The notes below the pieces were generated by a model that did not search any database, was not told the DNA's origin, and saw only the letters and a program-made list of their open reading frames with translations. The translations under genes were made by a program, and so were the position numbers. Positions 56,501 to 64,000 of a stretch of 64,000 bases of DNA are shown in pieces. Position 1 is the stretch's first letter. The number at the start of each line of letters is the position of its first letter. This DNA is from the human T2T-CHM13v2.0 reference genome, Homo sapiens. Location of the stretch: the NCBI RefSeq assembly GCF_009914755.1, contig NC_060925.1; one strand, given 5' to 3'.

Positions 56501-59500
56501 GAATCATCATCAAATGGAATCTAATGGAATCATTGAACAGAATTGAATGGAATCGTCATCGAATGAATTGAATGCAATCATCGAATGATCTCGAATGGAA
56601 TCATCTTCTAATGGAAAGGAATGGAATCATCGCATAGAATCGAATGGAATTATCATCGAATGGAATCGAATGGTATCAACACCAAACGGAAAAAAACGGA
56701 ATTATCGAATGGAATCGAAGAGAATCTTCGAACGGACCCGAATGGAATCATCTAATGGAATGGAATGGAATAATCCATGGACTCGAATGCAATCATCATC
56801 GAATGGAATCGAATGGAGTCATCGAATGGACTCGAATGGAATAATCATTGAACGGAATCGAATGGAATCATCATCGGATGGAAACGAATGGAATCATCAT
56901 CGAATGGAAATGAAAGGAGTCATCATCTAATGGAATTGCATGGAATCATCATAAAATGGAATCGAATGGAATCAACATCAAATGGAATCAAATGGAATCA
57001 TTGAACGGAATTGAATGGAATCGTCATCGAATGAATTGACTGCAATCATCGAATGGTCTCGAATGGAATCATCTTCAAATGGAATGGAATGGAATCATCG
57101 CATAGAATCGAATGGAATTATCATTGAATGGAATCGAATGGAATCAACATCAAACGGAAAAAAACAGAATTATCGTATGGAATCTAAGAGAATCATCGAA
57201 TGGACCCGAATGGAATCATCTAATGGAATGGAATGGAATAATCCATGGACTCGAATGCAATCATCATCGAATGGAATCGAATGGAATCATCGAATGGACT
57301 CGAATGGAATAATCATTGAACGGAATCGAATGGAATCATCATCGGATGGAAATGAATGGAATCATCATCGAATGGAATCGAATAGAATTATGGAATGAAA
57401 TCCAGTGTGATCATCATCGAATGGACCCGAATGGAATCATCATCCAACGGAAGCTAATGGAATCAACATCGAATGAATCGAATGGAATCACCATCGAATT
57501 GAAACGAATGGAATTATCATGAAATTGAAATGGATGGACACATCATCGAATGGATTCGAATGGAATCATCGAATAAAATTGATTGAAATCATCATCAAAT
57601 GGAATCGAATGGTATCATTGAATGGAATCGAATGGAATCATCATCAGATGGAAATGAATGGAATCGTCATAGAATGGCATCGAATGGATTCATTGAATGG
57701 AATCAGATGGAATCATCGAATGGACTGGAATGGAATCATTGAATGGACTCGAAAGGGATCATTTTTGAATGGAATTGAATGGAATCATCGAATGGTCTCG
57801 ATTGGAATCATTATCAAATGGAATCGAATGGAATCACCGAATAGAATCGAATGGAACAATCATCGAATGGACTCAAATGGAATTATCCTCAAATGGAATC
57901 GAATGGAATTATCGAATGCAATCGAATGGAATTATCGAATGCAATCGAATAGAATCATCGAATGGACTCGAATGGAATCATCGAATGGAATGGAATGGAA
58001 CAGTCAATGAACTCGAATGGAATCATCATTGAATGGAATCGAATGGAATCATCGAGTGGAATCGAATGGAATTATGATCAAATGGAATCGAATGTAACCA
58101 TCATCAAATGGAATCAAAAATAACCATCATCAATTGGTATTGAATGGAATTGTCATCAAATGGAATTCAAAGGAATCATCATCAAATGGAACCGAATGGA
58201 ATCCTCATTGAATGGAAATGAAAGGGGTCATCATCTAATGGAATCGCATGGAATCATCATCAAATGGAATCGAATGGAATCATCATCAAATGGAATCTAA
58301 TGGAATCATTGAACAGAATTGAATGGAATCGTCATCGAATGAATTGAATGCAATCATCGAATGGTCTCGAATGGAATCATCTTCTAATGGAAAGGAATGG
58401 AATCATCGCATAGAATCGAATGGAATTATCATCGAATGGAATCGAATGGTATCAACACCAAACGGAAAAAAACGGAATTATCGAATGGAATCGAAGAGAA
58501 TCTTCGAACGGACCCGAATGGAATCATCTAATGGAATGGAATGGAATAATCCATGGACTCGAATGCAATCATCATCGAATGGAATCGAATGGAATCATCG
58601 AATGGACTCGAATGGAATAATCATTGAACGGAATCGAATGGAATCATCATCGGATGGAAACGAATGGAATCATCATCGAATGGAAATGAAAGGAGTCATC
58701 ATCTAATGGAATTGCATGGAATCATCATAAAATGGAATCGAATGGAATCAACATCAAATGGAATCAAATGGAATCATTGAACGGAATTGAATGGAATCGT
58801 CATCGAATGAATTGACTGCAATCATCGAATGGTCTCGAATGGAATCATCTTCAAATGGAATGGAATGGAATCATCGCATAGAATCGAATGGAATTATCAT
58901 CGAATGGAATCGAATGGAATCAACATCAAACGGAAAAAAACGCAATTATCGAATGGAATCGAAGAGAATCATCGAATGGACCCGAATGGAATCATCTAAT
59001 GGAATGGAATGGAATAATCCATGGACTCGAATGCAATCATCATCGAATGGAATCGAATGGAATCATCGAATGGACTCGAATGGAATAATCATTGAACGGA
59101 ATCGAATGGAATCATCATCGGATGGAAATGAATGGAATCATCATCGAATGGAATCGAATAGAATTATGGAATGAAATCCAGTGTGATCATCATCGAATGG
59201 ACCCGAATGGAATCATCATCCAACGGAAGCTAATGGAATCAACATCGAATGAATCGAATGGAAACACCATCGAATTGAAACGAATGGAATTATCATGAAA
59301 TTGAAATGGATGGACTCATCATCGAATGGATTCGAATGGAATCATCGAATAAAATTGATTGAAATCATCATCGAATGGAATCGAATGGTATCATTGAATG
59401 GAATCGAATGGAATCATCATCAGATGGAAATGAATGGAATCGTCATAGAATGGAATCGAATGGATTCATTGAATGGAATCAGATGGAATCATCGAATGGA

Positions 59501-62500
59501 CTGGAATGGAATCATTGAATGGACTCGAAAGGGATCATGATTGAATGGAATTGAATGGAATCATCGAATGGTCTCGATTGGAATCATTATCAAATGGAAT
59601 CGAATGGAATCACCGAATAGAATCGAATGGAACAATCATCGAATGGACTCAAATGGAATTATCCTCAAATGGAATCGAATGGAATTATCGAATGCAATCG
59701 AATGGAATTATCGAATGCAATCGAATAGAATCATCGAAAGGACTCGAATGGAATCATCGAATGGAATGGAATGGAACAGTCAATGAACTCGAATGGAATC
59801 ATCATTGAATGGAATCGAATGGAATCATCGAGTGGAATCGAATGGAATTATGATCAAATGGAATCGAATGTAATCATCATCAAATGGAATCAAAAATAAC
59901 CATCATCAATTGGTATTGAATGGAATTGTCATCAAATGGAATTCAAAGGAATCATCATCAAATGGAACCGAATGGAATCCTCATTGAATGGAAATGAAAG
60001 GGGTCATCATCTAATGGAATCGCATGGAATCATCATCAAATGGAATCGAATGGAATCATCATCAAATGGAATCTAATGGAATCATTGAACAGAATTGAAT
60101 GGAATCGTCATCGAATGAATTGAATGCAATCATCGAATGGTCTCGAATGGAATCATCTTCTAATGGAAAGGAATGGAATCATCGCATAGAATCGAATGGA
60201 ATTATCATCGAATGGAATCGAATGCTATCAACACCAAACGGAAAAAAACGGACTTATCGAATGGAATCGAAGAGAATCTTCGAACGGACCCGAATGGAAT
60301 CATCTAATGGAATGGAATGGAATAATCCATGGACTCGAATGCAATCATCATCGAATGGAATGGAATGGAATCATCGAATGGACCCGAATGGAATAATCAT
60401 TGAACGGAATCGAATGGAATCATCATCGGATGGAAACGAATGGAATCATCATCGAATGGAAATGAAAGGAGTCATCATCTAATGGAATTGCATGGAATCA
60501 TCATAAAATGGAATCGAATGGAATCAACATCAAATGGAATCAAATGGAATCATTGAACGGAATTGAATGGAATCGTCATCGAATGAATTGACTGCAATCA
60601 TCGAATGTTCTCGAATGGAATCATCTTCAAATGGAATGGAATGGAATCATAGCATAGAATCGAATGGAATTATCATCGAATGGAATCGAATGGAATCAAC
60701 ATCAAACGGAAAAAAACGGAATTATCGTATGGAATCGAAGAGAATCATCGAATGGACCCGAATGGAATCATCTAATGGAATGGAATGGAATAATCCATGG
60801 ACTCGAATGCAATCATCATCGAATGAAATCGAATGGAATCATCGAATGGACTCGAATGGAATAATCATTGAACGGAATCGAATGGAATCATCATCGGATG
60901 GAAATGAATGGAATCATCATCGAATGGAATCGAATAGAATTATGGAATGAAATCCAGTGTGATCATCATCGAATGGACCCGAATGGAATCATCATCCAAC
61001 GGAAGCTAATGGAATCAACATCGAATGAATCAAATGGAAACACCATCGAATTGAAACGAATGGAATTATCATGAAATTGAAATGGATGGACTCATCATCG
61101 AATGGATTCGAATGGAATCATCGAATAAAATTGATTGAAATCATCATCGAATGGAATCGAATGGTATCATTGAATGGAATCGAATGGAATCATCATCAGA
61201 TGGAAATGAATGGAACCGTCATAGAATGGAATCGAATGGATTCATTGAATGGAATCAGATGGAATCATCGAATGGACTGGAATGGAATCATTGAATGGAC
61301 TCGAAAGGGATCATGATTGAATGGAATTGAATGGAATCATCGAATGGTCTCGATTGGAATAATTATCAAATGGAATCGAATGGAAACACCGAATAGAATC
61401 GAATGGAACAATCATCGAATGGACTCAAATGGAATTATCTTCAAATGGAATCGAATGGAATTATCGAATGCAATCGAATGGAATTATCGAATGCAATCGA
61501 ATAGAATCATCGAAAGGACTCGAATGGAATCATCGAATGGAATGGAATGGAACAGTCAATGAACTCGAATGGAATCATCATTGAATGGAATCGAATGGAA
61601 TCATCGAGTGGAATCGAATGGAATTATGATCAAATGGAATCGAATGTAATCATCATCAAATGGAATCAAAAATAATCATCATCAATTGGTATTGAATGGA
61701 ATTGTCATCAAATGGAATTCAAAGGAATCATCATCAAATGGAACCGAATGGAATCCTCATTGAATGGAAATGAAAGGGGTCATCATCTAATGGAATCGCA
61801 TGGAATCATCATCAAATGGAATCGAATGGAATCATCATCAAATGGAATCTAATGGAATCATTGAACAGAATTGAATGGAATCGTCATCGAATGAATTGAA
61901 TGCAATCATCGAATGGTCTCGAATGTAATCAACTTCTAATGGAAAGGAATGGAATCATCGCATAGAATCGAATGGAATTATCATCGAATGGAATCGAATG
62001 GTATCAACACCAAACGGAAAAAAACGGAATTATCGAATGGAATCGAAGAGAATCTTCGAACGGACCCGAATGGAATCATCTAATGGAATGGAATGGAATA
62101 ATCCATGGACTCGAATGCAATCATCATCGAATGGAATCGAATGGAATCATCGAATGGACTCGAATGGAATAATCATTGAACGGAATTGAATGGAATCATC
62201 ATCGGATGGAAATGAATGGAATCATCATCGAATGGAATCGAATAGAATTATGGAATGAAATCCAGTGTGATCATCATCGAATGGACCCGAATGGAATCAT
62301 CATCCAACGGAAGCTAATGGAATCAACATCGAATGAATCGAATGGAAACACCATCGAATTGAAACGAATGGAATTATCATGAAATTGAAATGGATGGACT
62401 CATCATCGAATGGATTCGAATGGAATCATCGAATAAAATTGATTGAAATCATCATCCAATGGAATCGAATGGTATCATTGAATGGAATCGAATGGAATCA

Positions 62501-62760
62501 TCATCAGATGGAAATGAATGGAATCGTCATAGAATGGAATCGAATGGATTCATTGAATGGAATCAGATGGAATCATCGAATGGACTGGAATGGAATCATT
62601 GAATGGACTCGAAAGGGATCATTATTGAATGGAATTGAATGGAATCATCGAATGGTCTCGATTGGAATCATTACCAAATGGAATCGAATGGAATCACCGA
62701 ATAGAATCGAATGGAACAATCATCGAATGGACTCAAATGGAATTATCCTCCAATGGAATC

Positions 62761-62829
62761 GAATGGAATTATCGAATGCAATCGAATGGAATTATCGAAT
62801 GCAATCGAATGGAATTATCGAATGCAATC
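62761..62829 (+). repeat. Three copies of the 23-bp monomer gaatggaattatcgaatgcaatc (two in all other units)
   Basis: Read directly at 62761, 62784 and 62807. It makes U39 1331 bp instead of 1308 bp. Confidence 0.95.
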
Positions 62830-64000
62830 GAATAGAATCATCGAATGGACTCGAATGGAATCATCGAATGGAATGGAATGGAACAGTCAATGAACTCGAA
62901 TGGAATCATCATTGAATGGAATCGAATGGAATCATCGAGTGGAATCGAATGGAATTATGATCAAATGGAATCGAATGTAATCATCATCAAATGGAATCAA
63001 AAATAACCATCATCAATTGGTATTGAATGGAATTGTCATCAAATGGAATTCAAAGGAATCATCATCAAATGGAACCGAATGGAATCCTCATTGAATGGAA
63101 ATGAAAGGGTTCATCATCTAATGGAATCGCATGGAATCATCATCAAATGGAATCCAATGGAATCATCATCAAATGGAATCTAATGGAATCATTGAACAGA
63201 ATTGAATGGAATCGTCATCGAATGAATTGAATGCAATCATCGAATGGTCTCGAATGGAATCATCTTCTAATGGAAAGGAATGGAATCATCGCATAGAATC
63301 GAATGGAATTATCATCGAATGGAATCGAATGGTATCAACACCAAACGGAAAAAAACGGAATTATCGAATGGAATCGAAGAGAATCTTCGAACGGACCCGA
63401 ATGGAATCATCTAATGGAATGGAATGGAATAATCCATGGACTCGAATGCAATCATCATCGAATGGAATCGAATGGAGTCATCGAATGGACTCGAATGGAA
63501 TAATCATTGAACGGAATCGAATGGAATCATCATCGGATGGAAACGAATGGAATCATCATCGAATGGAAATGAAAGGAGTCATCATCTAATGGAATTGCAT
63601 GGAATCATCATAAAATGGAATCGAATGGAATCAACATCAAATGGAATCAAATGGAATCATTGAGCGGAATTGAATGGAATCGTCATCGAATGAATTGACT
63701 GCAATCATCGAATGGTCTCGAATGGAATCATCTTCAAATGGAATGGAATGGAATCATCGCATAGAATCGAATGGAATTATCATCGAATGGAATCGAATGG
63801 AATCAACACCAAACGGAAAAAAACGGAATTATCGAATGGAATCGAAGAGAATCTTCGAACGGACCCGAATGGAATCATCTAATGGAATGGAATGGAATAA
63901 TCCATGGACTCGAATGCAATCATCATCGAATGGAATCGAATGGAATCATCGAATGGACTCGAATGGAATAATCATTGAACGGAATCGAATGGAATCATCA

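Larger units (their letters stand above)
1..64000 (+). repeat. Satellite 2 (HSat2/HSATII) tandem array, ~1.8-kb unit type, probably human chr1q12 pericentromeric heterochromatin
   Basis: Seen: the entire window is degenerate GAATG/GAATC pentamers arranged as gaatggaatcgaatggaatcatc(atc), CpG/TCGA-rich, with a 1776-bp period and one GAATTC per unit (e.g. 1618-1623). Known: the reverse complement (ATTCCATTCG)2ATG(ATG) is the satellite 2 consensus, and the 1.77-kb EcoRI unit is the chr1 HSat2 repeat. The chromosome assignment is inference. Confidence 0.97.
23091..64000 (+). repeat. Mixed block of 1776-bp (L) and 1308-bp (S) units (U14-U40)
   Basis: S units start at 23091, 27951, 32811, 35895, 37203, 40287, 41595, 42903, 47763, 50847, 53931, 55239 and 61875 (1331 bp). 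L units start at 24399, 26175, 29259, 31035, 34119, 38511, 44211, 45987, 49071, 52155, 56547, 58323 and 60099. A partial unit starts at 63206. Confidence 0.95.

Noticed and set aside
2-63971. The many + strand ORFs of 60-178 aa (MESSSNE..., MELSSNG..., MKLKWMD...)
   Set aside because: They are low-complexity translations of GAATG/GAATC pentamers (NGIEW, MES, WNR). They overlap in all three frames, repeat with the satellite period, are broken freely by SNPs and show no recognisable domain.
1-64000. CRISPR-like or coding-repeat interpretation of the 23/26-bp periodicity
   Set aside because: There are no unique spacers, no cas genes and no leader. The sequence between repeats is itself satellite.
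1-64000. Inversion, strand switch or transposon insertion
   Set aside because: I saw no CATTC-oriented block and no non-satellite segment, and unit lengths sum exactly to the window coordinates.
1-64000. HSat3 or alpha-satellite identity
   Set aside because: Long pure (GGAAT)n runs are absent and the CpG-rich GAATCGAATG plus ATC pattern is HSat2. There is no 171-bp monomer or CENP-B box.

Overview
The whole 64 kb window is one uninterrupted, single-orientation tandem array of classical satellite 2 (HSat2/HSATII). The + strand is the GAATG-rich strand, built from 23/26-bp (GAATGGAATC)2ATC(ATC) monomers. The dominant unit is 1776 bp with one EcoRI site, which fits the 1.77-kb HSat2 repeat of human 1q12 heterochromatin (D1Z1/pUC1.77 type). 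That placement is inferred from established knowledge, not from an alignment. The 1776-bp unit (L) is two diverged 468-bp subrepeats (A, B) plus 840 bp. A 1308-bp variant (S) lacks one 468-bp subrepeat. There are 39 complete units (26 L, 13 S) plus one partial unit, in the order L x13, S,L,L,S,L,L,S,L,S,S,L,S,S,S,L,L,S,L,S,L,S,S,L,L,L,S(+23 bp), partial. I find no genes, RNA genes, transposon insertions or inversions, and every listed ORF is a satellite translation artefact. I see no evidence of a new gene-based system. The informative signal is the array's evolutionary record: nested block duplications (5328, 4860, 3084, 5700/7476 and about 6.6 kb), at least two independent 468-bp deletions, sequence exchange between A and B subrepeats in both directions, and a young-to-old divergence gradient. 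All SNP comparisons were made by eye with the help of the ORF track, so breakpoints are intervals.
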